From contig QPMI01000085.1 in NCBI GenBank assembly GCA_004431415.1, positions 131,166 through 195,165 on the forward strand: a stretch of 64,000 nt of DNA, given 5' to 3'. The notes under the pieces were generated by a model, which was not told where the DNA came from, did not search any database, and saw only the letters and a program-made list of their open reading frames with translations. Both the position numbers and the translations under genes were made by a program. This DNA comes from Cyanophora paradoxa CCMP329. Lineage: Eukaryota; Plantae; Glaucophyta. Positions within the stretch are counted from its first letter, which is position 1, and the number at the start of each line of letters is the position of its first letter. This document shows, piece after piece, positions 1-12,090 of this stretch.

Positions 1-1425
1 GGCGGCAAGATTGTGAGGGCAGACAATGACCGCGCCAAGACGGAGGCGGCGACAGCAGCCGCCCAAGCCGAGGCGCAGGCGGCGGCCGCCTCCGCCGCGG
101 CCGCCCGCGCCGAGGCGGCCGCTGCGGCTGCGGACAAGGAGAGGGCGGAAGCGGAGAAGGCGCGGGCGGAGGCGGACAAGGACAGGGCGGAGGCGGCTGC
201 CGCCGCGGCAGAGAAGGCGAGGGAGGAAGCGCAGGCGGAGGCGCTCGTTGCAGCAGCGAAGGCGGCGGAAGCGTGGGCTGAGGTGCGAGGGAGGGCGGGT
301 GCGCCGCGTCGACCTCGCGAGCGTGCGCGCAGATGAGCGCGGCGGCGGAGCGGGCGCGGGAGCGGGCGGCGGCGCTGGAGGAGGTGGAGAAGGAGTTCAC
401 GTGCCCCGTCTGCATCGACCTTTTCGCGCACCCCATCACCCTCCCCTGCGTCCGCCCCTCGCCGCCTGCCCGCCCCTGGCGACGGGCGGGCGGCGAGCGG
501 GGCGGGGCGCAGGGGCACTCGTTCTGCGAGGCGTGCCTGTGCGACGCGATGGCGGCGCGGCGCGTGTGCCCCTCGTGCAGGTCGGCGGTGCTCGTGCTGC
601 CGGCCCGCAACGTCGCCCTCTCCTCAACCGCCGAGGTCCCGCCCCGCCCCGCTGGCCCCGCCCTCGGCCCACGCGGCGCGGCGCAGGCGCTGGCGAAGCA
701 GAAGCCGGCTGCGGAGCGGGCGGAGCGCGAGCGGCGGCTGGCGGAGGCGGACCCCTCGCGGGCGCGCGCCCCGGCCCGCGCGCCCCGCGCAGCTCACGCC
801 GCGCAGGCCGAGCGCCTGCGCCGCGACCTCCTCGCCGCCTCCCGCGGCCCCGCCCGCCGCCCCCCTTACCCCCTACCCGCCCCCGCCCCGCCTGGAGGTG
901 CGCCGGCCGGCCCCGGGGCGCCTGCGGGGCCCGACGGGCGACAGCCGGAGGTGGAGCGGGCGCTCGGCTCCCTGCGGCAGCAGATCACAGAGGCCCGGGT
1001 GCGCGCGCCGCCCCGCCCCGCGCGGCGCTCCGGGGGCCGAGGGGCGGGGCAGGCGCGGGGGAGCTCGTTCCTGGACGTGCGGGCGCGCTGGGGCGAGCGC
1101 GAGGTCCGCGACTTCGTCGCCGGCGTCACGTGCGCGCCCCGCGAGCCCCGCGTCCCCCCGCCGCCCCACGCCCGACCCTCTCGTCCGCAGGTCCTACGGC
1201 CACCCGCTCTTGAGGAGGACGTATGCGCAGACGGTTCGGCGGGGCGGGGCGCGCGGGGCGTGGCTGGGCGCGAGCAGGGCGCAGGTGGGCCTGACGGACG
1301 ACTTCATCGCGACGGCGGGCGTGGAGCAGCTGCGGGCGGCGTGCAGGAATTGCAGCATCCCCGTCCCCCCCCCCGCCCCCGCCGAGGCCCTGCGTGCTGC
1401 CCTCCTCCGCTTCCTTTCCGGCTGA
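1..1425 (+). CDS. RING-finger (C3HC4) protein with Ala/Glu-rich coiled-coil N-terminal part; multi-exon, 5' end outside window
   Basis: Removing intron 450-512 gives CPVC...LPCGHSFCEAC...CPSC, a RING-HC motif. The upstream Ala/Glu-rich exon 1-283 joins via intron 284-332. Stop at 1423-1425. Confidence 0.8.
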
Positions 1426-1874
1426 TCGCCCCCCAGCCCCGCACAGCTAGCGCTAGCTGTACTATAGCTAGTAGTCCCCGGCCCATGGCCACTCCGATCC
1501 CTGCGTAGAACTCGAATTCGGAGTCGACGCCGGCGCCGGCCTGCAGCAGGCTAGGCGCCGGCGCCGGCCCTCTTCAGACTCGCCAGCGCTCCCCGTCAGA
1601 TTCGATCATCCCCGCTGTCGACGTCAGTCGCGCCCTGTTCAGATCGGAATCCACGCGTCCGATCCGCGCGCGGCAGTGCGCGCGCGTGCGTTTTCGAGCA
1701 AACGTGAACGGTTTAATCCCGGGGGGGGGGGGGGGGGGGGGGGGGAAGCATTGATCACTGGGCTACAAATCAGCTGCGCGCGCAGCACCCGACGTGCGCG
1801 GGGCCCTGTTCGCCGTCACGTACATGATCCAGAGGTGGTAGCGTACTATCCGTAGCAGCCCCGGCCCGGCGGAT

Positions 1875-3369
1875 ATGGCGCCGCCAGCCGGCGCTGCGCG
1901 TCCGGCGCCGGCCTCTGAATCTGAACTGCCGGCCAGCGCGCATGTACACGCGCACTCCAAAAAGCGGAGCTGGCTCGACTCCGCGGCCGTCCAGAGCCTG
2001 CCGCGCGACCTCTTAGCACTCGTCTTCGAGGCCAGTGCGGGAAGGAGGATGCTGGCCACCGCGAGACTCGTTTGTAGGGACTGGCAGCTAGCAGTTGATG
2101 AGGCCAGACTAAATCTCGACCTCGCGAGGCCCGGCGCGGTGCGTGCATCGGGTGCGCGCGCGCGCCGTGCGCGTCCCTCTGAGCGGCGCCGCGCAGGGTG
2201 CGGACGGACCCGCGCTGGCGCGCCTGATCGAGAAGAGCACGGGCCTGGAGTCGCTCACGCTCCGCCTGAGCGCCACCGTGATGCCCCAACTCGTGCGCTG
2301 TCTGCCGGCTCGGCGCGCGGCGTGCGGATGCGGCGGGGGCTCACGGGCGGCCGCAGGCGGGCGCGGTGGAGTGCATAGCGGCTGCGGTGCGGCAGCACAA
2401 GAGCCTGGCGTCGATTGCCGTGTGCGGGGACCTGCGCGTCGGGGGCGCGGAGGCGGCGGCGCTGGTCGAGGCGGCCGCCGCGCGCGCGACGCGCATCTCC
2501 CTCGAGGACCTGCCCCTCGACCCGCCCGCCGCCGCCGCCGTCGCCCGCGCCGTGCGCCTGCCCCGTCCGCGCCGCCTGCGCGACGCCGCTGAGGGCGGAT
2601 CGGGGCAGCTGGGGCGGGGGCGGCGGCTGGAGGAGCTGCGGGTCGTGCGGGTGGGGGCGGAGTGCGGGGCGGCGCTGGCGGCGCTCCCCGCCGGCCTCGT
2701 CTCCCTCGAGCTCGTCCACGCCGCCCTCGACAGGCGCCCCAGCCTGCCGCCCCGCCCGCCCCGCCCGCCCCTCACCGCGGCCGCGCGCCCCGCAGCGCCG
2801 CCCTCGCCGCCCTCGGGCGCCTCGTCGCCGGGGGGCGGCTGCGGGCGCTGCGGCTCTCGGGGACGCGACTGGGCGGCGAGGGGTGCGCGGCGGCGCTGGC
2901 GGGCCCGCTGCGGGACCCGCGCTGCGGCCTGGAGGCGCTGCTGGTGGCGCGCTGCGGCCTGGGGCCCGACGGCTGCCTCGCCCTCCTCGCGGCCGCCGCG
3001 GGCCACGCGCGGCTCGCCAGCCTCGCTCTCTACGGCGAGGCGGTCGGCAGCGGGCCGGGCGCCGAGGCGGCCGCCGCGCTGCTCTCCTCGCACCCCGCCC
3101 TCCGGAGCTGCACGCTGGCGGCGTGCGGGCTGGCGACGGAGGGCGCCGTGCGGCTCGTGCAGGCCGCCCTCGGGCACCCGCAGCGCCCCCTCGCCGTTCT
3201 CGACATCACCGTGCCCGCCCCGCCCCCCCCCCCCCCCCCCTCCCCCCCTCCCCCGCTCCGTCGCCCCGCGCCGACGCCCGCCCAGGGCAACGCCGTCGCC
3301 GCCGAGGGGCAGGGCAAGATCTACACCCTCAGCCGCCACACCCGCCTCACCGTTCGCGTCTCCTGGTGA
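1875..3369 (+). CDS. F-box / RNI-like leucine-rich-repeat protein (multi-exon)
   Basis: F-box-like SLPRDLLALVF...ARLVCRDW, followed by LRR units such as LRALRLSGTRLGGEG, LEALLVARCGLGPDG and LRSCTLAACGLATEG. Confidence 0.7.
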
Positions 3370-4941
3370 CCCGCGGCCGCCCTCCTCGGGGTCGCAGGCC
3401 TCAGGGCACCGTGCCTCCGAATCCGAGGCTCCAGGCCCGGGGGGCATGGTCCCGCTGCGATTTCCGGATCCTATAGCTAGCTATAGCTGCCGCAGTGCCG
3501 CAGTGCAGACAGCATTTTTTTTAGAGGACCGTCGGACTGTGCCAACTCTTCTTCAGCCTTGAAGTTTATTTTAGTTTTCGGCCTTGAAGCTTCTTTCAAT
3601 GAGTCAGTTTTCGAATCATAAATTCCATACTGTATCACAGTATGCTTGATCATGATCATGAGCTTCACGGACGAAGGCCGGGCAGCTACAGAAATTGGAT
3701 AGCGCTAGCTGGATAGAGTAACATAGTATATTAATATTGCATCATGGCATTTCAAGTTTGATTGTGACCCGTCACGGCGTGATGGTTGCTAGATCAGCCG
3801 CAACAGGCAGCGTCTGTCATATCATGATCACAGCTGCAGTACTGCGAGGCTGCAGCTGGGGCTCACTGCGGCTCAGCGGCTCATTACTAAGTTACACATT
3901 TATATAATTATTTATATAATTAGAAGCACATCTGCAGCTGTGACCTACGAGGCTAGCCTCAGAGTCTGCAGCTGGTTCATGCAACCTTTTTTAACGGTTG
4001 CAGGGCCCCCCGGCCGCGGGGCAGTACAGGCTGCAAGATACTATGATATCATGCAAAGACTCCAGCTCCGAGCTCCGAGGGCTCCGAGGCGCCCGGCTCC
4101 GAGTCGGCGAGTCCGACGGTCACCGGGTCTGCGAAAAAGTCTAACTCGCGATCGGAGCCTGGAGCTCGACTCGGCCGAGTCATGATCATTGCATGATTCA
4201 TGATCATCATGCATATGGCATGATCATGATTATGTCATGATGATCAGTACTAGTGTCACGGTGAGTCCTGACTCCATGACATTGACTTCCCCCTTCAGTA
4301 CCCACGTGCACCTGCTGCGCTAGCTGGCCCCATCCGATGATCCCCCGCCCGGGCCGCCCCCCCGGGCCCCGGGCCGGCGGGCCCCCCGGCCCCGGGCCCC
4401 ACCCCCCGCCCCCGGCCCGCGGTCGGGACGAGCTCGAGGCCTAGCGAGCTGGCGATTGGAGAATATGAGAGGTGGACCGGATCGGAGCCTCGGAGCCTCG
4501 GAGTCCGAGCACGCCCCCCATGGCCATGGCCAGGCCCCCCACGGGCCCGAGCGGGGCGAGTCCAAGGCATCCCAAACGCACGGCATCGCCCACGTGCACT
4601 ACGTGGACCTGGCCTGCGAGCCTCCCCCCGTGAACAATAACAACCTCGCCCTGCCGCGCTGTGCGTGGCGTGGTGCGCCCTGCGCCCGAGCTCTCTTCGC
4701 CCACGCGCCACTGCGTGGGAGTAGGACCACGGGGAGCATAGGATTTAGAGGTTCGAAGCTTGATCACAATCGCACGAGAGTTCTTGAAATCGATCATCGG
4801 ATGCGCGTAAGATGTGGAGGAGAAGATGAATACGGGAGCTGGATGTGGGGCGCCGGAGGACGATGCGGGGGTTTGGGATTGGCGCCGGCGCGGAGGCCGG
4901 GAGGACTCGGGATGGGAAGCGAGGTCTACACGAACGGGGGA

Positions 4942-5536
4942 TCAGCCAGCTCCTCCGCCGCCGGCTGCTTGAGCTTTCGAGCCCTCCTCCTGCTTTGCTG
5001 CCGACGCCGGCCCTTCCGCGCTGGCATTTGCCGGGCTCGCGGAGCTGGGTGCCGGCGCGGGAGAGGCCGGCGCTTCCTGAGTTGAGGCTTGCCCTGTGCT
5101 GGCTACCTTGCTCTTGACGGCGGCAGCGACCGCACCGGCCTTCTCGGCGATCTTCTGTGGCGCCTCGAGGACAGCGGTGATTCTGAGCGGGGGCGATCAA
5201 CGGGCGCGTCGCCCATTCGCCGCAGAATCGCAAGCGCACGTTCTGTCGACCGCGCCGGTGCCCTTCTCGTACGCGGCGCCGACCTGCGCAGCGCTTGAGC
5301 GCCTGCCGCGGCACGGCGGGCGCGCTGCCGCGGCGGGCGCGCAAACGCACACTGTTTCCCACTTTTGCGGCCTTCTCCTTCACCGTGGATGAAGCCTGTT
5401 TCGGCTTCTCGAGCTCCTGTTGCGCCGGCTCCTGCTCCGCTACCGACAAGAGCAGGCGCAAAGGCGGGGCCGGTGCAATCCAACGCGCGGCCCTGCCTGC
5501 CCTCAGCTGTAGCCTCGAGGCGGCCCGGCTGAGCAT
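4942..5536 (-). CDS. Small Ala/Lys-rich protein with probable mitochondrial presequence (about 3 exons)
   Basis: Arg-rich, acid-free N-terminus MLSRAASRLQLRAGRAARW. Spliced exons read ...VLEAPQKIAEKAGAVAAAVKSKVAST...GGGAG then stop at 4942. No family recognised. Confidence 0.45.
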
Positions 5537-5944
5537 TTTTTCTAGGACTGGGTACAGGGAATACGGCCTCAGTGGGTTCCTCGCACGGTGCGCGCGCTGT
5601 GCTTGCCCGATAAGTGTTCTTCGCGCGCTTACCGCCGGCGTAGCCGGCCAGCTCCTCTACGATCTGACCGCACTCGCCTATATGGTCGCAACGCACGAAA
5701 GCGACAAGAGCACCGTGCGCCGTTTGAGCTCTGGGTAGCGGGAATTGCTAGGACCAAGAGCTGTCTACCACCGCCTACAGCGCGCGCATGCTGCGCGCTC
5801 AATCGGCCCTTGCGCGGGGGCGTCATTCGAGTCGATTTATCGTTTCCTTAAGCCTCGAATGTCCATTTCTTAGCATTCGCGCTGACCCCTGCTCAAGTCT
5901 CCGCTCCGTTCGCTGCCCTCGCGCTGAACTCTGCTCGGTTTCAG

Positions 5945-8417
5945 ATGGCTGGGACGGGAGAATCCTGGATGTCAGGTAAGCTTCTTGCCCGCGTTCGCTT
6001 CGCTGGTCTCTGCTTTCCCGTCCGAGACCTTAGCGCTGACACCTTGCTCTCGCAGGTCTCACTGTCTCCGGGAGGATCACTCCGCAAATACAAGGCGCCG
6101 ATGCGGCCGCGTTCGAAGCTCCGCCGAGCGCGGCGGCGGATGGAGAGGGCGGGAAGATGACGCGCAACTTCTCCAACATGTGCGCATGCCGTCTCTCCGC
6201 GCGCGCTCGACCGATTGGCGAGCGGGCCTGAACTCGACGTGCAGGTACTTCTCTTCGTACGGGCAGGACGAAGAGGAGGCCGCGGCGCAGGTTGCACGGG
6301 TCGAGTCGCTGGCGGCCCTCGCGGGCATGAAGAAGAAAAAGGAGAAGCGCGTGCGGATGCGCATCCCGACAGAGGCGAGCGGGCTGGGGGCGGGGCGGGT
6401 CTCGCGGGGGCGCTGACGGGCGGGGCAGCTCAAGCAGTACCTGCCGAAGGTGCGGCGGGAGGTGCTGGACACGAACACGGACGACTGGGTGGTGGACCCA
6501 TCCTCCAACAAGACCCTCGTCATGGACTACGTCGTCACCGAGGACGACGCCAAGCTCGGGTCCGCCCCGCCCCGCCCTGCCCCGCCCCGCCCCGCCCCGC
6601 CCCGCCCGGCCCCGCCCCGCCCCGGGCCGATGCCGGCGGTGCTAGGCCCATCTGCTTCGTCACGCCCGAGCTGGGCAAGTGGTCGACCGTGGGCGGTGCG
6701 TGGCGGGGCCGGCCTGGGGCGGGGAGCGGGCGGGGCGCTGAGGGGCCGGGCAGGGCTCGGGGTGATGGTGGACGAGCTGAGCCAGATGCTCGCTGAGTTC
6801 GGCGAGGAGGTCGTCGTCGTCACCCCCTACTACAACTGGAACCGCAAGGGCGAGACAAACTACCTCTGGCACGACAACATCCGTGCGCGCCCCGTCCGCG
6901 CCCCGCCGGGCGCGCGGCCGACGCCAGCGGGGCGGGGGGCAGACCACAAGTTCAACATCGAGATCTGGGTGGGCTCGCAGTGCCACACCTGCGGCATCCA
7001 CGAAGGCACCGTCAAGGGCGTCCGCATCATCTTCATCCACAACCCCGAGTTCTTCCCCACCCGTGCGCACCCCCGCCCGGGCCCGCCCCTCCCCGCCCTG
7101 CGCTAGGCAGGGGGTGGGGGGGTGCGAGGAAAGCGAGAGGCGCGGGCCCGGGGGAACGCGGGGGCGGGGCGTGAGGCGGGGCGGGGCGCAGCGTACCCGT
7201 CGGGGGCGAAGTGGTTCAAGGTGCGGATGATGGCGCTCTTCGCGCGGGCGACGCTGCAGGCCCTCTGCTCCCTCGCCCTCATCCCCGCCGTCATCACCAC
7301 CAACGGCCCGCCCCCGCCCCGCCCCGCCCCGCCCGCCCGGCCCGCGCTGAGGCGGCGCAGACTGGTTCACGGGCCTCGTGCCGGCGTACGCGAAGAAGGG
7401 CTTCTTCGGGGACACCTTCAACGTGCGCCCCCACCGCCTCGGGCCGGGGCGGGGCGGGGCGGGGCGGGGCCGACGGCGCTGGGGCCAGGGGACGACGTTC
7501 ATGCACATCGTGCACAACCTGGAGCCGAGCTACGAGGGGCGCGTCTACATCGACGCGAACGAGAGCCGCCTCGGGGACATCCACGGCCTCGAGGAGTGGC
7601 TCCTCATCGACCCCAAGTGGGAGGGCATCGTCATCAACCCCTGTCCGCCCCGCCCCACCCCCGCCCCGCCCCGCCCCGCCCCGCCCCGCCCCGCCGGGCC
7701 CGCGCGTAGCGGCCCTGACGCGCCGCAGCGCGCTGCGCGTTCATCATGAGCAACACGTGGGGCACCGTGAGCCCGAGCTACCGGTGCGCCGCGTCGCCGC
7801 GCCCCCGCCCCGAGGCGGTGAGGTGAGGGGGCGGCAGGTGGGACCTGATGCACGGCGGGTCGCCCCTCGGGGAGCTCATGTGGAAGCACTTCTTCCCCTT
7901 CGCCTTCCCCAACGGTCCGCCCCCGCCCCCGCCGCCTCCGCTGCGGGGCGGGGGCCGAGGGCGGGGCGCAGGGGTGCCGGTGGAGATCCGGCGGCGGCAG
8001 CTGCGGGACCGGTGCGGGACGGAGTCGCACGACGTCGCCAAGGCCATCCTCCAGGAGCGCTACTTCCACCGCGGCGCGTCGGCCCGCCCCGCCCCCTGCC
8101 CGCGCCGCGCCCGCTGAGGGCGGCGCAGTGGACCCGAAGACGCCTCTCTTCGCGTTCGTGGGGCGCATCGTCGAGCAGAAGGGCGTCCACCTCATCCTCA
8201 AGGCCGTCTGGGAGCTCGTCCGCCCGCCCCGCCCGCCCCGCCCTGCCCGGCCCCGTTCCGAGGGGGCGGGTGGGAGCAGGCGCACGAGTTCGGGGGCAAG
8301 ATCCAGGTGCTGGTGGGCGGCAAGGTGAACTGGGACGACGCGTACAGCGCCTCGTGCGGGCGCGAAATGAACCGCGCCTCCGGCACCATGCCCCAGATCT
8401 TCTGTCCGCCACTCCCG

Positions 8418-8459
<42 letters not shown>

Positions 8460-9007
8460 TCCGCCCGCCCCGCCCCGCCCGCCGTGGGCCGACGCGGCGC
8501 AGGGTCCGCCCCGAACGAGTTCTTCACGGACGGGCCGCTGGTCAACCTGGGCGCCGACTTCGGGCTCATGCCGTCCCTCTTCGAGCCGGGCGGCATCGTG
8601 CAGCACGAGTTCTTCGTGGCGGGGACGCCCGTGGTGGCGTTCAAGACGGGGGGCCTGAAGGACACGGTGTTCGAGTTCGATCCCGCGGCGCGGGCGGGGA
8701 ACGGCTTCACCTTCGAGTCGCACAACGCGGGGGACCTGAAGGCGGCGATGCACCGCGCCTGCCGCGTCTTCCACGTGCCTGACCAGTACGAGACGCTGCG
8801 GCGCAACGCCGCCACCTCCGTCATCGACGTCCGCACCGTCGCCTGGGCCTGGCTCGGCGACTTCTACCGCAAGTGCGCCCCCCCCCCCCGCCCCGCGCCC
8901 CTCCGCCCCCGCAGACCGGCCCCGCCTGACGCGCCGGCAGCCGGGGGCGGGAGGACGACTACGAGAAGCGCACCGTCCGCGAGGGCGGGGAGCGGACCGA
9001 CCTCTGA
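5945..9007 (+). CDS. GT5 starch/glycogen synthase (eukaryotic, probably UDP-glucose type), about 15 exons
   Basis: Spliced motifs: PELGKWSTVGGLGVMV, NDWFTGL, HIVHNL, TVSPSY, FVGRIVEQKG, LMPSLFEPGGIVQ, AGTPVVAFKTGGLKDTV and NGFTF. No plastid presequence is evident. Confidence 0.9.
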
Positions 9008-9406
9008 GCGCCGGCCCCGCCCCGCCCCCCTCCCCCCTTTCCATTTCCCTTCGAATTCGCTTGCCTTTTTTCAACCGCGCGGCCCGCCGCGCCCGCCCGC
9101 TTCGGCGGGCGCGCGGGCCGCGTTTTTGCGTCGATTCCGTCGGGTCCGGGTTTTTCGGTGTAGAGTGCAGCTGTAAGTACGCATGTTGTTCAACGCGTTA
9201 TTCATTTCAAGAACGCTTCCCTCTAGTGCGGCCCTTGCCTTCGGTCGAGTGCGGCCCTTGCAAAATTGCCTTCTGACACCCGGCGGCCGCCTGAGGCTCA
9301 GCCGCTCCACCATGGCCATGCGCATGCCATGATGAGGCCCTGAGGCCGTATAGCGGACTCCGGGAGAACGATCAATGCAACCGCGGCTCCGCGGGCCGCG
9401 GAGCAT

Positions 9407-9452
9407 TCACTGAGTCAGATCATGCATAATTATGCATGATCTGACTCAGTGA
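9407..9452. repeat. Perfect 46-bp palindrome between convergent genes
   Basis: tcactgagtcagatcatgcataa|ttatgcatgatctgactcagtga. Confidence 0.95.
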
Positions 9453-9651
9453 TCCTGCCGCGCGACCTCAAAGCACTTATTGTAGAGGCCTGAGCTGAAA
9501 ATAAGCTGGCCATGGCCACCGTGGCACCGCGCGCCGGCGCGATCTGGCCACTCACGTGAAATCAAAATCAAATTCCGCCTGCTGTGCACGCGGAGACGCT
9601 ATTTAATTTACATCCTGGCCCACGTGCGCGTGGCCGTGGCGCGGGCGCTGG

Positions 9652-11840
9652 CTACTTCAATTTTAGGGGGCCCGGGCTTAGGCCCGGGCTTAGGCCCGGG
9701 ACGGAGGCGGGGAGCGGGAGGGTCGCCCGGCCGGGCGGGAGGCGCGCGGCGCGGGCTTCTGGCACGTCGCCGCGCCGCCGGCCGCGGCAGGGGCGGCGGG
9801 GAGGTCGCGGAGGGGCGCCGCGAGGCGGGCGGACCAGGCGCAGGCGCCGCCCTCGCCGGGGCGGCACTCGAAGTCGACCTCGGCGAGGAGGCCGCCCGCC
9901 CCCGCCGGCGCCTCCAGCTCCACCCCGGGCTCCTCCGCGGGCCCTCCCGCCCGCCCCGCCACCGGCCGCAGCGCCACCGCCACCCGCACCGCCTCGCCCC
10001 GCTCCACCTGCCGCCTCCGCCCCGTGAGGGGCGCCCCGGCGCGGGCGGCTTCGGAAGGGGCTGCGCACGGAGAAGGAGGCGCGGAACGGCGGGGCGTCGA
10101 GGCGGGCGTCGAGGAGGGGGCGGCCCCCGGCGCCGCCCGCCCGCACCCGCGCCCCCGAGAAGTTGTACGGCACCTCCCCGCCGACCTCCACCTGCCGCCC
10201 GTCTCGAGCGCCGGCGGGGGCGGCGGGGGGAGCGGGCGCGGCGCGGGCCTGGAGGCGGTCGGCGGGTGCGGGGCCGGGGCCGGGGAGGCGGCGGAGGCGG
10301 AGGTGGACGCGCTTGCGCATGACGAAGGCGGGGACGTCGAGGGCGAGGCGGGCGGCGAGAAGCTCCAGGACGCGGTCCGAGCGCCCGTGCACCACCAGCG
10401 CCGCCGCCCCGTCCGCCGGCGTCGCCTGCAGGTTCACCACCACGAACTGCCCGCGAGCCGCCCCGTCAGCCGCGAGGGCGTGGCGGGCGGGCGGGCGGGG
10501 CGGGCCTGCTTGGCGAGGCGGGGGAGGTCGCAGGCGGGGGTGACCCGCATGGACGACCCGACGACGAGCACGAGGTCGCTCTGCCGGCACCGCGCCTCCG
10601 CCCGCCGCAGCGCCCCCTCCGGCAGGCCCTCCCCCTGCCCCGCCCCTCGGCCCCCGCTCCCGGCGCGCAGGGCGGGCCGCGCGCGGGGCGCGGGGCGCAC
10701 GAAGTTGATGATGGTGTCGCGAAGGGGCCCGCGGCAGGCGGGGTTGTCGCAGGCGCGGCCCGTGCGGTGCTCGTGCACCGACGCCGCGTTCCGAACACGA
10801 AACTCCCGCAGGTACTCCGCCCCGCACCGCTCGCACGCCTCTGCCCGCCCGGACCGCGACCGTAAGCCCGCGCCGCGCCGGGGGCGCTGGCTTCGGAGGT
10901 TTAAGCGAGGCACGGGCGGACCGATGCGGCCGTTGCCATGCAGCTCGCTGAGGCGATCCGGCGCGATGCCGGAGAAGCGGTGCAGGCCGTCCGTGTTCTG
11001 GCTCACCAGGTACTGCGCGGCGCCCTCACGTGAGCATGGGGACGAGCTCGTCCGGCCCCCGCACCCGCACGGCCTTCAATCCGCGCACCTTCATGATCCC
11101 TGCGTTTTGGAGCGCCACGAGAGCCATGTGCGCTTTAGTTGGCCAGAGCTATCCCCGAATTTCAGCGCTGGAGGTGGCGAGGCATGCGCATAGGGCGGCT
11201 GCAGCTGACAGACCTTTGCTGGAAGCGCTCTATTGACTTTAATGCCGCGGTCACGAAGCGTCCACACCCCTCTGCAGCGCCCACGTGAGCGCGACCGCGT
11301 CGTTCGACAGATGGGCCGGCCGCGGCCGGCGCTCGCGCGCGCGGCCCTCGTGGCGGCCCCGGGGGACTCACTGAGGTCCGCGAAAGTCCGGAATGCCAGC
11401 GCTCGTGCTTATGCCAGCCCCCGTAAACGCCACGAAGTGCTGCCTAACGTTCAAAATGGAGTCGGCGCGCGCGAGGAATTGCAACGAAACCTCAAGAAAG
11501 CGAACACCCTCGCGGCCTTGATCATCGCAGCCAGCCGATCCACCTTGGCCTCGAGCGTCGGCGCATCGTCCTCCCACTCGACAAGCTCCTGCACATGCGT
11601 GTGTAAGCCAAAAAGCTTTAGCACGCATGCGCAGGGCTGCGCTGCACCTCGTCGGTTCCGCTTAGCCTCGGCATTTTGGAAAAGTTGGTACGTACACAAC
11701 GCGTACAGGTGAGCGCCTTGAAGCAACGCGTACGATGGACAAGCACAGTTTCGAGCGTCGAATGCTGGCAGCGCTAGGACGCGGGCAGGGCGTTTACATT
11801 TCAGCAGATCAAGCGCATATGCGTAGGAGCTCGAGCTCAA
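9652..11840 (-). CDS. NAD-dependent deacylase, sirtuin class IV (SIRT6/SIRT7-like); multi-exon, 5' end uncertain
   Basis: Motifs FTGAGISTSAGIPDFRGP, GVWT, PTKAHMAL, SQNTDGLH, ELHGN, CxxC...CxxxxC, LRDTIINFGEGLP, GSSMRVTPA and VNLQATP. Confidence 0.9.
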
Positions 11841-12090
11841 GCTTAGATTACCGGTTCAAACGAAGCTCAGGCTCAGGACAGGCTGGATCGTGGGGGTACG
11901 GCGACGCTTAAACTTGGCCTCCGCGCACTGCGCATGCGGCAGAGCTAGCGCTCGAGCTGCAGCTGCAGCTGGCACACGCGAGTACGCGGCCCGCGTCTAA
12001 ATCTAGAGAGTGATATCTTGCAAAACTGAATATAGCTGTACGATTCAAAAAATCAAATTAAACTTGCAAATGAAATTGAAAGTGCTGCGC

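Noticed and set aside
4456-5085. 209-aa plus-strand ORF
   Set aside because: No motif or codon bias, and it overlaps a more plausible minus-strand gene.
1721-8458. Long G/C homopolymers (1721-1745, 8418-8458) as functional G-quadruplex elements
   Set aside because: Simple runs in a GC-rich genome; their lengths are unreliable in long-read assemblies.
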